Shown here one piece after another: positions 52,863 to 63,723 of a DNA stretch of 64,000 bases. The translations under genes were made by a program, and so were the position numbers. The notes beneath the pieces were generated by a model, which saw nothing but the letters and a program-made list of their open reading frames with translations, was not told the origin of the DNA and did no database searches. The stretch spans positions 58,775-122,774 of the forward strand of contig CALYAK010000001.1 of assembly GCA_944393505.1 (NCBI GenBank), read 5' to 3'. The stretch is from an uncultured Clostridia bacterium. GTDB taxonomy: Bacteria > Bacillota > Clostridia > TANB77 > CAG-508. How positions within the stretch are numbered: the first letter of the stretch is position 1; every line of letters starts with the position of its first letter.

Positions 52863-53531
52863 TTAATCTTCGGAGTCAAAAAGGAATTGATCCACATTTT
52901 TCATTAATTCTACGATTTTAAACTTAAAAGAAATTGAGGAAGAAGAATCTTCTTCGGTGGTGATAAGAGAAAATTCTTCTTCAGAAAGATTGGCTTTAAT
53001 TTGTTCCAAATTTTCTTCTTCGATAACACCGGTAGCAGGACTAACAAAACAAAGGGGAGGAAACATGACACACCACCAATTTTGTCCTTTGGCAGAACCA
53101 ATAGAAATTTTTAAAGCATCATAATAACCAGCTGGAAGAGAAAGATTTCCATAGTTTTTGGTAGGAAAAGGGAAATTCCCGATTTCTACTCGAACTGGAT
53201 AGGAGAAACCATTTTGTTGGACTGTTTCTTGTGCCAATCTCTTAAAATCAGATAGATGAGCAGAGGCAACAGCCAAAGCTTCTTCTTTGGAAGATAAATT
53301 TTGACAAAGTTCATTCATATACGAAATTAAACGATCACGAACAAGATATTTTAATTCTTGATCCTCTTTTGAATCACTATTAGCAAGAATATGTAAGCGA
53401 AAAAAAGATTGTGAAAGATCGGAATTAATTGAATTTGCATACGAATAAGCCGAAAAAATAAATAAGAAGCTAAAGCTAAAGATTAAAAGAAAAATACGAA
53501 AAAAGTGAATAAAAAATTTTGAATGGATCAT
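52863..53531 (-). CDS. spoIIR: Stage II sporulation protein R
   Basis: Signal/TM N-terminus. Conserved RLHILANSDSKEDQELKYLVRD core. Confidence 0.75.
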   Translation of the reverse strand: MIHSKFFIHFFRIFLLIFSFSFLFIFSAYSYANSINSDLSQSFFRLHILANSDSKEDQELKYLVRDRLISYMNELCQNLSSKEEALAVASAHLSDFKRLAQETVQQNGFSYPVRVEIGNFPFPTKNYGNLSLPAGYYDALKISIGSAKGQNWWCVMFPPLCFVSPATGVIEEENLEQIKANLSEEEFSLITTEEDSSSSISFKFKIVELMKNVDQFLFDSED

Positions 53532-53709
53532 AAAAACCTCCTAATAAAAAATATCTAATTTCATTATGAACGAAAGAAAAAAAGCTATACAAAAAAATAA
53601 AACAAATGTCGAAAAGTTCATAAAAGAAATTCATCCAATTCATTGACAAGCAAAAACAAAAATGGTAAAATTTACCATAGACAAAAGAAAAAAGATAGGA
53701 GGCTAACTT

Positions 53710-54231
53710 ATGGAAGAAAGAAAAAAGTCAATGGAATTATTATGTAGTTTTTATGTAAGTGACTGGCATATTGTTACCATGATACTTCCTTATATCAATA
53801 CACAAATTAATAATGGTGTAAAAGTAGCCACAATTTTAGAAAAAGATCTTGAAAATAAAATGTTTGAATTATTGGAAAAATTAAATTTAAAAAACAAAGA
53901 AAAAATGAAACAAATCGATTGGAAAATAAAAAACGGATATAAATATGAAACAATTCAACAAGTCTTATTAGAAAAAACGCAACAGCAACAACTGATCTTA
54001 GTCTGTGGATCAAAAGATTTCTTAGAGAAGACAAATCAAAATATACAGAAGTGGTATCAAAATCAAAAAGTAGCGAAAATAAAAGTAGTTAACTGTTATG
54101 AAGTAACAGAATTCAACTGCCACATTCAAGAGATACTCGATTACCACGATAAAATCTTAAATACGAGTGGAGAAAGAGAAATTTGTGAAATTTTTGATGG
54201 ATATCAAAAATCAATTCATGAAGCAAAGTAG
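53710..54231 (+). CDS. Hypothetical protein
   Basis: 173-aa ORF with terminator hairpin downstream. No family recognised. Confidence 0.35.
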   Translation: MEERKKSMELLCSFYVSDWHIVTMILPYINTQINNGVKVATILEKDLENKMFELLEKLNLKNKEKMKQIDWKIKNGYKYETIQQVLLEKTQQQQLILVCGSKDFLEKTNQNIQKWYQNQKVAKIKVVNCYEVTEFNCHIQEILDYHDKILNTSGEREICEIFDGYQKSIHEAK

Positions 54232-54379
54232 ATAGAAAAAATGAAATTTAGATTCTTAAACTTTTTAAGAATCTTTTTTTATTTAAAAAGGAAGAATTGA
54301 CGAAATAAAAATTATATTATAATATAATAAAAGTTTAGTTAGTTTTTTGTTAATTTGTTAAATTTTGAAAGGAGTAACA

Positions 54380-55624
54380 ATGGAAGAGAAATATTTAGCG
54401 GCGAAGCAAAAGCTAGAACGCTATCACCAAGAACATTTATTAAATTATTTTGATAAATTGTCAGAAGAAGAAAAAATTGAATTATTAGATGATATTCTTA
54501 CAATTGATTTCAATCAAATGGAAGAATTATATGAGTTAACGAAAAAGGAAGAGAGTTTTAAAAATTCAAAAATTGAACCAATTGCTTACGTTGAAAAAGC
54601 AAAACTTTCGAAAGAAGAAAGGCAAAAATACACCCAAATTGGAGAAGATATAATTCGCGCAGGAAAATATGCAGTCGTAACAATGGCTGGAGGACAAGGA
54701 ACAAGATTAGGACATGATGGCCCAAAAGGAACATTTGATATTGGCTTAAAATCTCATAAATCCATTTTTGAAATTCTTTGTGATAAAATGAAAGAAGCAA
54801 GAGATACATATCATGTTGATATTCCTTGGTACATTATGACTAGTGAAGAAAATAACGAAGATACAATTCATTTCTTTGAAGACCATCAATATTTCGGTTA
54901 TCCAAAAGAATGTGTATCTTTCTTTGTACAAGGAAAATTACCAATGATCGATCCAGAAGGAAAAGTGCTTTTAACAGAAAAAGGAACAGTAAAACAGGCT
55001 GCAGACGGACATGGAGGCGTTTTTGAATCCATGAGAAGAAATGGAATCATTTATGATATGTTATCAAGAGGAGTAGAATGGACCTTTATTGGTCTTGTTG
55101 ATAATGTACTTGCAAAACTTGTTGATCCAATTCTAATCGGATTAACGATTGATCGTAAAGTCTTAGCATCTGGAACAAGTATAGTAAAAAGAGATCCAAC
55201 AGAAAGAGTTGGCGTTTACTGTAAAAGAGATGGAAAACCAGGTGTTGTGGAATATACAGAAATAACCAAAGAAATGTCTGAAGCAAGGGACGAAAATGGT
55301 GAACTATATTTTGGAGAAGCCAATATGTTATGCAATTTATTTAGTATTAAAGTATTAGATGATATTGCAAATAATAAATTACCATACCATAAAGCATTTA
55401 AAAAGGCAAAATACATTGATTCAAAAGGTAATTTAATTGTACCAGAAAAACCAAATGCATATAAATTTGAAACTTTCTTATTTGATGCATTTGAATCATT
55501 GGATGATATGGCAATTCTTCGAGTAAAACGAGAAGAAGAATTTGCACCAGTAAAAAATGCAGAAGGTTCTGATAGCCCTGAAACAGCAAGAAAGTTGTAT
55601 GAAGATTATTATCATTTAAATTAA
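54380..55624 (+). CDS. UDP-sugar pyrophosphorylase (UDPGP family, UAP/UGP-like nucleotidyltransferase)
   Basis: MAGGQGTRLG nucleotide-binding loop. Start MEEKYL with aaaggag SD. Confidence 0.6.
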   Translation: MEEKYLAAKQKLERYHQEHLLNYFDKLSEEEKIELLDDILTIDFNQMEELYELTKKEESFKNSKIEPIAYVEKAKLSKEERQKYTQIGEDIIRAGKYAVVTMAGGQGTRLGHDGPKGTFDIGLKSHKSIFEILCDKMKEARDTYHVDIPWYIMTSEENNEDTIHFFEDHQYFGYPKECVSFFVQGKLPMIDPEGKVLLTEKGTVKQAADGHGGVFESMRRNGIIYDMLSRGVEWTFIGLVDNVLAKLVDPILIGLTIDRKVLASGTSIVKRDPTERVGVYCKRDGKPGVVEYTEITKEMSEARDENGELYFGEANMLCNLFSIKVLDDIANNKLPYHKAFKKAKYIDSKGNLIVPEKPNAYKFETFLFDAFESLDDMAILRVKREEEFAPVKNAEGSDSPETARKLYEDYYHLN

Positions 55625-55695
55625 AAAAAAAGAAGGTGCTTTTTATTCGATCTTGAAAAGGGGAAAATAAAAAGCATTTTTTGAAAGGAGAGCAT

Positions 55696-57423
55696 ATGGA
55701 AGCATATCAAGAAAAGTATCAAAAATGGTTAGCTAATCCAATTTTTGATCAGAAAACAAAAGAAGAATTAGAGTCGATTAAAGGAAACGAGGCAGAAATT
55801 AAAGATCGTTTTTATAAAGACCTAGAATTTGGAACAGCAGGATTAAGAGGTATAATTGGAGCTGGAACGAATCGTATGAATAAATATACCGTAGGAAAAG
55901 CAACGCAAGGTTTAGCAAATTTCATTAAAAAAGAAGGCGGAGAACAAAGAGGTGTTGCGATTTCGTTTGATTCTAGAATAATGTCAGAAGAATTTAGCAA
56001 AGAAGTTGCTTTGTGTTTAAATGCGAATGGAATTAAAACCTATCGTTTTGAATCTTTAAGACCAGTTCCAGAATTATCTTTTGCAGTAAGAGAATTAGGC
56101 TGCATTGCAGGAATTATGATTACGGCAAGCCATAATCCACCAGAATATAATGGATATAAGGTATATTGGGAAGATGGAGCACAGATCGTAGCGCCAAAAG
56201 ATCAATTAATCATTCAAGAAGTCAATCAAATTGAAGATTTTTCTGTAATTAAAACAATGAAACAAGAAGATGCAGAAAAAGAAGGGTTATACCATGAAAT
56301 CGGATCAGAAATTGATCAAAAATATTATCAACAACTTGAAAAATTAGTGTTAAACCCAGAAATTATTCATGAAGTACAAAAAGATTTAAAAATTGTCTAT
56401 ACACCATTACACGGAACAGGAAATATTCCTGTAAGAACGGTCTTAAAAGAACTTGGATTTGAAAATGTTTATGTAGTAAAAGAACAAGAATTACCTGACG
56501 GAAAATTTCCAACCGTAGATTATCCAAATCCAGAAGATCCTAAAGCATTTGCGCTTGCACTAAAACTTGCCAAAGAAGTGGATGCAGATATTATTCTTGC
56601 AACGGATCCAGATGCAGACCGATTAGGTATTTTTACAAAAGATACGAAAACAGGAGAATATAAAACATTTACCGGAAATATGACTGCATTACTAATTGCA
56701 GAATATGAATTATCGCAAAAGAAAGAAAAAGGAATTTTGCCAGCTAATGGAGCAATCATAAAAACGATTGTATCTTCTAACTTAACGGATGCAATTGCAC
56801 AAGAATATCAGATGAAATTATTTGAAGTACTAACAGGATTCAAATATATAGGAGAAAAAATTAAAGAATTTGAACAAACCGGAAAATACGAATATGTATT
56901 TGGATTTGAAGAAAGCTATGGCTGTTTAATTGGAACACATGCAAGAGATAAAGATGGTATTGTAGCGGTGATGGCACTTTGTGAAGCAGCAGCATATTAC
57001 AAAAAACAAGGGCTATCTTTATGGGATCAAATGATTCGAATTTACGAAAAATACGGATATTATAAAGAAGAACAAATATCCATTGTACTAAAAGGAGCAG
57101 ATGGAGCAGAACAAATTAAACAAATGATGGAAAAAATGCGCAATCATCCACCAAAACAAATTGGAAAATATACAGTAAAAGAAATCCGCGATTATCAAAG
57201 AAATGAAGTATTGGATGTAACAACAGGGAAAACAACAGAAACAGGACTTCCAAAATCAAATGTTTTATATTACGATTTAGGAGATGGAGCATGGTGTTGT
57301 GCAAGACCATCTGGAACAGAACCAAAAATTAAATTTTATATTGGTGTAAAAGAAAATTCAATGGAAGAAGCGGAAAAAGAAGTCAAAAAATTAGCAGAAG
57401 AATTAAAAAAAATGGCACAATAA
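55696..57423 (+). CDS. pgm: Phosphoglucomutase/phosphomannomutase (alpha-D-phosphohexomutase superfamily)
   Basis: Active-site TASHNP. Mg-binding DPDADR. Start MEAYQEK after aaaggagag. Confidence 0.85.
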   Translation: MEAYQEKYQKWLANPIFDQKTKEELESIKGNEAEIKDRFYKDLEFGTAGLRGIIGAGTNRMNKYTVGKATQGLANFIKKEGGEQRGVAISFDSRIMSEEFSKEVALCLNANGIKTYRFESLRPVPELSFAVRELGCIAGIMITASHNPPEYNGYKVYWEDGAQIVAPKDQLIIQEVNQIEDFSVIKTMKQEDAEKEGLYHEIGSEIDQKYYQQLEKLVLNPEIIHEVQKDLKIVYTPLHGTGNIPVRTVLKELGFENVYVVKEQELPDGKFPTVDYPNPEDPKAFALALKLAKEVDADIILATDPDADRLGIFTKDTKTGEYKTFTGNMTALLIAEYELSQKKEKGILPANGAIIKTIVSSNLTDAIAQEYQMKLFEVLTGFKYIGEKIKEFEQTGKYEYVFGFEESYGCLIGTHARDKDGIVAVMALCEAAAYYKKQGLSLWDQMIRIYEKYGYYKEEQISIVLKGADGAEQIKQMMEKMRNHPPKQIGKYTVKEIRDYQRNEVLDVTTGKTTETGLPKSNVLYYDLGDGAWCCARPSGTEPKIKFYIGVKENSMEEAEKEVKKLAEELKKMAQ

Positions 57424-57429
57424 AAAGAA

Positions 57430-57500
57430 TAAAGAGGAGATAGCAATTTTGAAGTGAACCCCAAAAGTGTCTAACATTTGGGGTTCACTTCAATTCTCCT
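57430..57500. terminator. Large bidirectional hairpin between convergent pgm and the PP-loop ATPase gene
   Basis: gaagtgaaccccaaa...tttggggttcacttc plus outer aagaggag/ctcctctt stems. Confidence 0.5.
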
Positions 57501-57502
57501 CT

Positions 57503-58219
57503 TTATTTTATTTCTTTCCACCCATTAATTTGAGCTCTCTTAATAGCACCCATTAAATTTGCTCTTAGAGTTGGAATTTTTAAAGTCCAATCCTTTAAGA
57601 AAAGTTTTAAATCTTCTCTTTTTGACTTACCATCCATCGGACAACATTTTTCCATAACGGTAATTTGATTTCGTTTGATGTAAGCACGAATCTCTTTTTC
57701 AGAAGCATAAATCAATGGGCGAATTAGTGTGATTTGAGAACGATCCATGTAGCTAACTGGTGCAAAGGTAGAAAGGTTTCCAGCATACAAAAGATTCAAA
57801 AAGAAAGTTTCTAAAACATCATCTTCATTGTGTCCCAAAGCCAGTTTGTTACAATGTTCACGGTTTGCTACACTATTTAAGATTCCCCTTCGTAAGTTGG
57901 CACACAAAGAGCAAGGATTTTTTTCCTGGCGAATATCAAAAACAATATCTTTAATATAAGTTTTCTCAATAAAAAGAGGAATATCTAATTCTTTACAGAT
58001 TTTTTCGAGAAGAGCAGAGTCAAAAAATTCAAAACCTGGATCGACAGCTACAGCAATTAATTCAAATTTTTTTGGATAAAATCTTTGAAGAGCTTTTAAG
58101 CCTCTTAATAAGGTAATCGAATCCTTTCCACCAGAAAGTCCAACTGCAATTTTATCATTTTCTTCAATCATATTGTAACTTTCAATTGCTTTTCTCATAA
58201 AACTGAGTATTCTTTGCAT
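57503..58219 (-). CDS. PP-loop ATPase, TtcA-like tRNA thiolation enzyme
   Basis: SGGKDS PP-loop. Cys motif CSLCANLRRG. Confidence 0.6.
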   Translation of the reverse strand: MQRILSFMRKAIESYNMIEENDKIAVGLSGGKDSITLLRGLKALQRFYPKKFELIAVAVDPGFEFFDSALLEKICKELDIPLFIEKTYIKDIVFDIRQEKNPCSLCANLRRGILNSVANREHCNKLALGHNEDDVLETFFLNLLYAGNLSTFAPVSYMDRSQITLIRPLIYASEKEIRAYIKRNQITVMEKCCPMDGKSKREDLKLFLKDWTLKIPTLRANLMGAIKRAQINGWKEIK

Positions 58220-58315
58220 TGATTTTAATCTCCTTTGAAATGTAAAAAAATTCTTTCTATTCAGTATAAAGCCGTAAAGTAGGAATTGTCAAGTAAGTTC
58301 TAAGAATGTGATTTA

Positions 58316-58344
58316 TTGACTTTCTGTAGTCATATTGCTATAAT
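58316..58344 (+). promoter_or_regulatory. Consensus sigma-A promoter TTGACT-17-TATAAT driving tRNA-Arg
   Basis: TTGACT 58316-58321, TATAAT 58339-58344, 26 nt before the tRNA 5' end. Confidence 0.6.
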
Positions 58345-58370
58345 ATTTCTGCAAACAAGTATAAAATTAT

Positions 58371-58446
<76 letters not shown>

Positions 58447-58478
58447 CCGAAAAGATGAATCCAAAAATGAGGTAAAGA

Positions 58479-58967
58479 ATGCAAGAAAAATTTATGTGGC
58501 AAGCAATCAAAGAAGCACAAAAAGCTTATGATATAGGAGAAGTGCCAGTAGGGGCGGTTATTGTAAAAGATCATAAAATTGTAGCTCGTGCATATAATCG
58601 TAAAGAGTCTGGAAAAGATACCACAAAACATGCAGAAATTTTAGCCATTCAAAAAGCAAGTAAAAAATTAGAAACATGGAGACTTTTGGACTGCGAAATG
58701 TATGTAACTCTAGAACCATGTAGTATGTGTGCAGGAGCTATTATTCAATCTAGAATCAAAAAAATATATATCGGGACAATGGATCCGAAAACTGGAGCCT
58801 GCGGATCTGTTTTAAATTTATTAGAAGACTATCCATTTAATCATCGTGTAGAAGTAGAAAGAGGTATTTTAAAGGAAGAATGTGAAGAACAACTAAAACA
58901 GTTTTTCAAAGAATTACGCCAGATAAAGAGAGATCTAAGGAGGAAAGAACTTGAAGAAAACCAGTAA
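58479..58967 (+). CDS. tadA: tRNA-specific adenosine deaminase TadA
   Basis: HAEI...PCSMCAGA zinc-binding CDA fold motifs. Confidence 0.85.
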   Translation: MQEKFMWQAIKEAQKAYDIGEVPVGAVIVKDHKIVARAYNRKESGKDTTKHAEILAIQKASKKLETWRLLDCEMYVTLEPCSMCAGAIIQSRIKKIYIGTMDPKTGACGSVLNLLEDYPFNHRVEVERGILKEECEEQLKQFFKELRQIKRDLRRKELEENQ

Positions 58968-59709
58968 TGAACAAATGTTAAAAGCCTGCATTATGTTTGG
59001 AGCACTTGTAATTATTCTCGTAATCATCATTGGTATTATTTTAAAATATCAAGTAGAAGGTGAAAAAAATGTACCATTTTATCTTGCAGAAATGAATGTA
59101 ATTAGTACGGCTGAGGGGGTAGGAAACCAAGAAGCAACCGAAATGAGATGGAATATGAATATTTTCCAAAATAATGATATTTACTTAAAAATTGCAAAAA
59201 ATGAAAATAATAAAAAAGCAGAAAAAATCGAAAAGGTTGCGATTGAAAATCTACAAATCACTAAAACACCTCAAAAAGGAACGATTCAAGCATATATGCC
59301 GAATAGTACAGAGGGAAGGACATTTTCCTATGATGAGCAATATATTTTTCAAAATCAATTGACCTATACTGGATCATCGAAAAGTGATCAGCAAAATTTA
59401 GAGATTGGAAACCAGGGAGGAATGATTGTCTTCCGTATTAGCAATACAAATATCGGAACTTATCAATCTGACGAAGATGAAGAAGTAATCCACAATGGAA
59501 CCATCTTAAATAAAATTAATACGACAACAGAAGAGGTCCAATTTGAAGTTTCTTTTGATGTAGCGATTTATTTAGACCATAACGTTTATCGAACAAACAT
59601 CCAATTAACTTTACCAACGGGAAATATTGCAGAAGAAGGAACCAGCTATATCGAGAAAAAAGATATGTCTAATTTAGTCTATAAAAGATATTTTCTTTTC
59701 AATGAATAA
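58951..59709 (+). CDS. Hypothetical membrane-anchored protein
   Basis: 252 aa with N-terminal TM. Inserted between tadA and the SRP RNA relative to B. subtilis synteny. Confidence 0.4.
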   Translation: MKKTSNEQMLKACIMFGALVIILVIIIGIILKYQVEGEKNVPFYLAEMNVISTAEGVGNQEATEMRWNMNIFQNNDIYLKIAKNENNKKAEKIEKVAIENLQITKTPQKGTIQAYMPNSTEGRTFSYDEQYIFQNQLTYTGSSKSDQQNLEIGNQGGMIVFRISNTNIGTYQSDEDEEVIHNGTILNKINTTTEEVQFEVSFDVAIYLDHNVYRTNIQLTLPTGNIAEEGTSYIEKKDMSNLVYKRYFLFNE

Positions 59710-59733
59710 CCGAGAAATTTAACTTTGAAAGTA

Positions 59734-59762
59734 TTTACAATTAATCAAAAACAAGATATAAT
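59734..59762 (+). promoter_or_regulatory. Sigma-A promoter TTTACA-17-TATAAT for the SRP RNA
   Basis: TTTACA 59734-59739, TATAAT 59757-59762. Confidence 0.5.
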
Positions 59763-59767
59763 CCAAA

Positions 59768-59908
59768 TGGTATGAGGGCATAGCTCTTGTATGGAGGATA
59801 ATCAATAAGAACCTATGAACCTTGTCAGGTCCGGAAGGAAGCAGCAATAAATAGTCATTCTTATGTGAATATCTTCCATAGAGGAGCTAGAAAACTCGTA
59901 CCATTTTT
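59768..59908 (+). ncRNA. ffs: Signal recognition particle RNA (small SRP/4.5S-type)
   Basis: Conserved domain IV motif GUCAGGUCCGGAAGGAAGCAGC at 59824-59845. 5' tggtatgag pairs with 3' ctcgtacca. T-run terminator. Located upstream of dnaX as in Firmicutes. Confidence 0.65.
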
Positions 59909-59937
59909 AAAATGATTAAAATTTAGGGAGGGAAAAT

Positions 59938-61515
59938 ATGTCATATACATCTTTATACCGAAAATTTAGACCTTTGAAATTTGAAGATATTGTAGGACAA
60001 GGACATATTATCCAAACATTAAAAAATCAAATTATGGCAGATCGAGTTGGGCATGCTTATCTTTTTAATGGAGGAAGAGGCACTGGAAAAACAACAGCGG
60101 CAAAAATTTTATCAAGAGCGGTTAATTGTCTAAATCCTCAAAATGGAGAACCATGTAACGAATGTGAGATATGTAAAGCAAACTTAGAGGGATCTTTGAC
60201 TGATGTAGTGGAAATGGATGCTGCTTCGAATAATGGTGTAGATGATATTCGAGCAATTCGAGATGAGGTGAACTTCCTTCCAACGGTTGCTAAATACCGC
60301 GTATATATCATTGATGAGGTACATATGCTTTCACCAGGAGCTTTTAATGCTTTATTAAAAACATTAGAAGAACCACCTGCACATGTAAAGTTTATTTTAG
60401 CAACAACAGAACCTCAGAAATTACCAGCAACGATTTTATCAAGGTGTCAACGATTTGATTTTCGAAAAATATCCAATGAAAATATTCAAAAAAGATTAAA
60501 ATATGTGTGCGAAGAAAACAAAATCGAAATTACAGAAGGTGCATTAAGAATTATTGCTACGCTTGCAGAAGGGGCAATGAGAGACGCATTAAGTATTTTA
60601 GAAAGATGTGCACAAGAAGACTCTGGTATGATTGATGAGGCAAAAGTCAAAGAATTAGTCGGAATACCAGAATTAAAATATATCCATGACTTAACTGATA
60701 GAATCTTTCATTATGAACCAATTGAAGCACTTCAAATTGTTGATGAAGTCTTAAATCAAGGAAAAGATTTAAATAATTTCCTTTGGGAAATGATCAAATA
60801 TTTAAAAGATTTATTAGTTTTAAAAACCTCAGGAAAGGCTGAACTTCATACACAAGAAGAAATTAGTCAAATGCAAACATTAATCGAAAATATCGATCAA
60901 GAAAGAATGATTCAGATGATTTACCAGTTATCAGAAATCGAGAATGAAATGAAATGGTCTACGCAAAGAACGATTCTTTTCCAAGTTGGCATGATCAAAA
61001 TTGCAACCAAACAAGAGCAGAGCGATTTAGCAGGATTAAATGCACGTATTCAAGATTTAGAATCTAAAATAGCCTTACTTGAAAAAGGAATTGTCCACAA
61101 AACAGAAAAGAATGTGGAAATAAAAAGGGAAAAAACGCCAATTCCGGAAACAAAAAAACAAGAAAAAAAACCAGCAGAATTAAAAGGGGCAAAATCTTGG
61201 GAAAACATTATCAACCAATTAAAAGCATCTGGAAAAGTTATGCTATTTACCAATTTAATGAATACAAGAGCAGTTGAACTAAATGATATGGTAATCGGAA
61301 TTGAGTTTCAAAATGGTTTAACAAGTTTTGGAAAAACAATTTTAGAAAAAAGCGAAAATATGAATGAGTTAAAAAGATTGATATCGATTGAATATGGAAA
61401 AGAAATGCAAGTGAAATTAATTGATAAAAAAATAGAAGAAACAAAAGAAAAAAAGCAAGAAGAGGATGATTTTCCAGAAGAAATTGATATACCAATCCAT
61501 ATAATAGATGAATAA
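59938..61515 (+). CDS. dnaX: DNA polymerase III subunits gamma/tau
   Basis: Walker [10 protein letters not shown]. Zinc module CNECEIC. SRC motif. Confidence 0.9.
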   Translation: MSYTSLYRKFRPLKFEDIVGQGHIIQTLKNQIMADRVGHAYLFNGGRGTGKTTAAKILSRAVNCLNPQNGEPCNECEICKANLEGSLTDVVEMDAASNNGVDDIRAIRDEVNFLPTVAKYRVYIIDEVHMLSPGAFNALLKTLEEPPAHVKFILATTEPQKLPATILSRCQRFDFRKISNENIQKRLKYVCEENKIEITEGALRIIATLAEGAMRDALSILERCAQEDSGMIDEAKVKELVGIPELKYIHDLTDRIFHYEPIEALQIVDEVLNQGKDLNNFLWEMIKYLKDLLVLKTSGKAELHTQEEISQMQTLIENIDQERMIQMIYQLSEIENEMKWSTQRTILFQVGMIKIATKQEQSDLAGLNARIQDLESKIALLEKGIVHKTEKNVEIKREKTPIPETKKQEKKPAELKGAKSWENIINQLKASGKVMLFTNLMNTRAVELNDMVIGIEFQNGLTSFGKTILEKSENMNELKRLISIEYGKEMQVKLIDKKIEETKEKKQEEDDFPEEIDIPIHIIDE

Positions 61516-61532
61516 GAAGGAGGAAAGAAAGA

Positions 61533-61877
61533 ATGGCAAAAAGAGGAGGATTCCCAGGCGTGGGAGGAAATTTTGGCGGAATGAATATGGGGCAATTGAT
61601 GAAAGAAGCAAAAAAAATGCAAGCAGATTTACAAAAAACACAAGAGGAATTAGCAGTAAAAGAATTTGAAGCAACTGCGGGTGGAGGAGCAATCCTGGTA
61701 AAAGTAACAGGAAATAAAGAAGTTAAGGAAATTAAAATCAAAAAAGAAGTAGTAGATCCAGAGGATGTTGAAATGCTACAAGATTTAATTTTATCTTGTC
61801 TTAATGAGGCGTTAAGAAAAGTAGATGTAGCACAGGCAAGTGAATTAGGAAGATACAATATACCTGGATTAATGTAA
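61533..61877 (+). CDS. ybaB: Nucleoid-associated protein YbaB/EbfC
   Basis: 114 aa. Conserved dnaX-ybaB-recR synteny. Confidence 0.85.
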   Translation: MAKRGGFPGVGGNFGGMNMGQLMKEAKKMQADLQKTQEELAVKEFEATAGGGAILVKVTGNKEVKEIKIKKEVVDPEDVEMLQDLILSCLNEALRKVDVAQASELGRYNIPGLM

Positions 61878-61892
61878 AAGAGGTACAAAAGG

Positions 61893-62492
61893 ATGTCATA
61901 TTATTCACCATCAATCGAAAAACTAATTGAAGCTTTTGAAAAATTACCAAGCATCGGAAATAAAACAGCTGCAAGATTGGCATTTCATATGCTGGATGCT
62001 TCTGAGGAAGAAACCAATGAATTTATTAATGCAATTGTGAATGCTAAAAAGAACTTAAAATATTGTTCCGTTTGTTTTAATATATCGGATACAGAGCCAT
62101 GCAATATTTGTTCAAATGCAACAAGAGATCACAGTGTAATTTGCGTGGTAGAAGATGTTCGAGATGTTGTGGCAATGGAGAGAACACATGAATTCAAAGG
62201 AGTTTATCATGTACTACATGGATCCATTTCTCCCATGAATGGAGTAGGACCAGATGATATTAAAATAAAAGAGCTATTAGCCAGACTCATGAATGGGGAA
62301 GTAAAAGAATTGATTTTAGCTACGAATCCAAGAGTAGAAGGAGAAGCTACTGCCATGTATATTTCCAAACTAGTAAAACCGCTTGGTGTAAAAGTAACAA
62401 GAATTGCACACGGTATACCGGTTGGCGGTGATTTGGAATATACCGATGAGGTAACATTAGGAAAAGCTTTAGAAGGAAGAAGAGAATTGTAA
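61893..62492 (+). CDS. recR: Recombination protein RecR
   Basis: Zinc finger [16 protein letters not shown]. Toprim domain. Confidence 0.9.
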   Translation: MSYYSPSIEKLIEAFEKLPSIGNKTAARLAFHMLDASEEETNEFINAIVNAKKNLKYCSVCFNISDTEPCNICSNATRDHSVICVVEDVRDVVAMERTHEFKGVYHVLHGSISPMNGVGPDDIKIKELLARLMNGEVKELILATNPRVEGEATAMYISKLVKPLGVKVTRIAHGIPVGGDLEYTDEVTLGKALEGRREL

Positions 62493-62576
62493 AAGGCAGA
62501 TCAAAAAAAGATTTGTCTTTTTCTCATTTAATAAGGTAAGAGACCAGGAAAAAATAGAAAAAAGAAGGAAAAGAAG

Positions 62577-63098
62577 ATGGAAGAGATTCAAATTCGAAAA
62601 ATTAAAAAGGAAGATTTACCAAGTGTTGTCGATATTCATATTCGAGGATGGAGAAATGCTTATCAAAATATCATAGACCAAGCCTATCTAGATTCGTTAA
62701 ATCCAGAAGAAATTTTGAAAAAAAGAGAAAAAGATTACCAAGAAAATGGTTTTATTGTAGCTGTTAAGAGGGAAGAAATCGTTGGATTCTGCCGTTTTCG
62801 AACAGAACAGCCAGAACATGAAATAACATTAGACGAAGATTGTGAATTGCTTGCAATTTATGTAAAACCAGAAGAAAAATATCGTGGGATCGGAACAAAA
62901 ATGTTTCAATTTGTTGTAGAAGAAATGAAAAAACAAAAAAGAAAAAAGATGATTTTATGGTGTTTAAAAGAAAACCAAAAAGCAAGGAAATTTTATGAAA
63001 AAATGGGTGGAACATTAGGAAAAGAAAAAATGCTAAAAAAAGGAGATAAGACTTATCCAGAAGTTTCATTCTTATATTCACTAGAAGAGAATCGATAA
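62577..63098 (+). CDS. GNAT family N-acetyltransferase
   Basis: 173 aa with acetyl-CoA binding motif (RGIGTKMF). Confidence 0.7.
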   Translation: MEEIQIRKIKKEDLPSVVDIHIRGWRNAYQNIIDQAYLDSLNPEEILKKREKDYQENGFIVAVKREEIVGFCRFRTEQPEHEITLDEDCELLAIYVKPEEKYRGIGTKMFQFVVEEMKKQKRKKMILWCLKENQKARKFYEKMGGTLGKEKMLKKGDKTYPEVSFLYSLEENR

Positions 63099-63130
63099 AA
63101 ATAAATTAAAGAAAAAAGGAGAAAAGAAAA

Positions 63131-63655
63131 ATGAATGCTGTTATTGGAAACATCTTGACAAGAAGAAGTGTCAAAAAATATAAAAAAGATTTGATTCCTA
63201 AGGAAATCCTAGAAGAAATTATCAAAGCAGGAACTTATGCTCCATCTGGAATGAATCGACAATCTCCTATTATACTCGCAGTCACGAATTCAGAGTTAAG
63301 AGATCAGTTATCCAAATTAAATGCTAGTATCATGGGAAAAGAAAATTTCGATCCATTTTATGGAGCTCCTGTCGTTTTGGTTGTATTAGCCAATAAGCAA
63401 TGCCCTACCTATCTTTATGATGGAAGTGTTGTGATGGAAAATTTGATGTTAGCAGCACACTCTTTTCAAATTGGAAGTTGCTGGGTTCATCGTGCAAAAG
63501 AAATGTTTGAAACAGAAGAAGGAAAGAAAATTCTAAAATCTTTAGGAATTGAAGGAGAGTATGAGGGGATTGGAAATTGTATTTTAGGCTATTCTGATTT
63601 ACCAGATTTAAAGCCATCTCCTAGAAAAGAAAATTATATTTACTATATTGATTAG
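63131..63655 (+). CDS. Nitroreductase family protein
   Basis: 174 aa. ILTRRSVKKY N-terminal FMN-binding signature. Confidence 0.7.
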   Translation: MNAVIGNILTRRSVKKYKKDLIPKEILEEIIKAGTYAPSGMNRQSPIILAVTNSELRDQLSKLNASIMGKENFDPFYGAPVVLVVLANKQCPTYLYDGSVVMENLMLAAHSFQIGSCWVHRAKEMFETEEGKKILKSLGIEGEYEGIGNCILGYSDLPDLKPSPRKENYIYYID

Positions 63656-63723
63656 AAAGAAAAAAGAAAGTTAAGATGATCGAATGAGAAAAACTTAACT
63701 TTCTTTTTTTGGTTATCCATAAT

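Noticed and set aside
61247-61983. Several minus-strand ORFs (213, 104, 91, 60 aa) antisense to dnaX/ybaB
   Set aside because: Antisense to well-supported conserved genes. Compositional artefacts.
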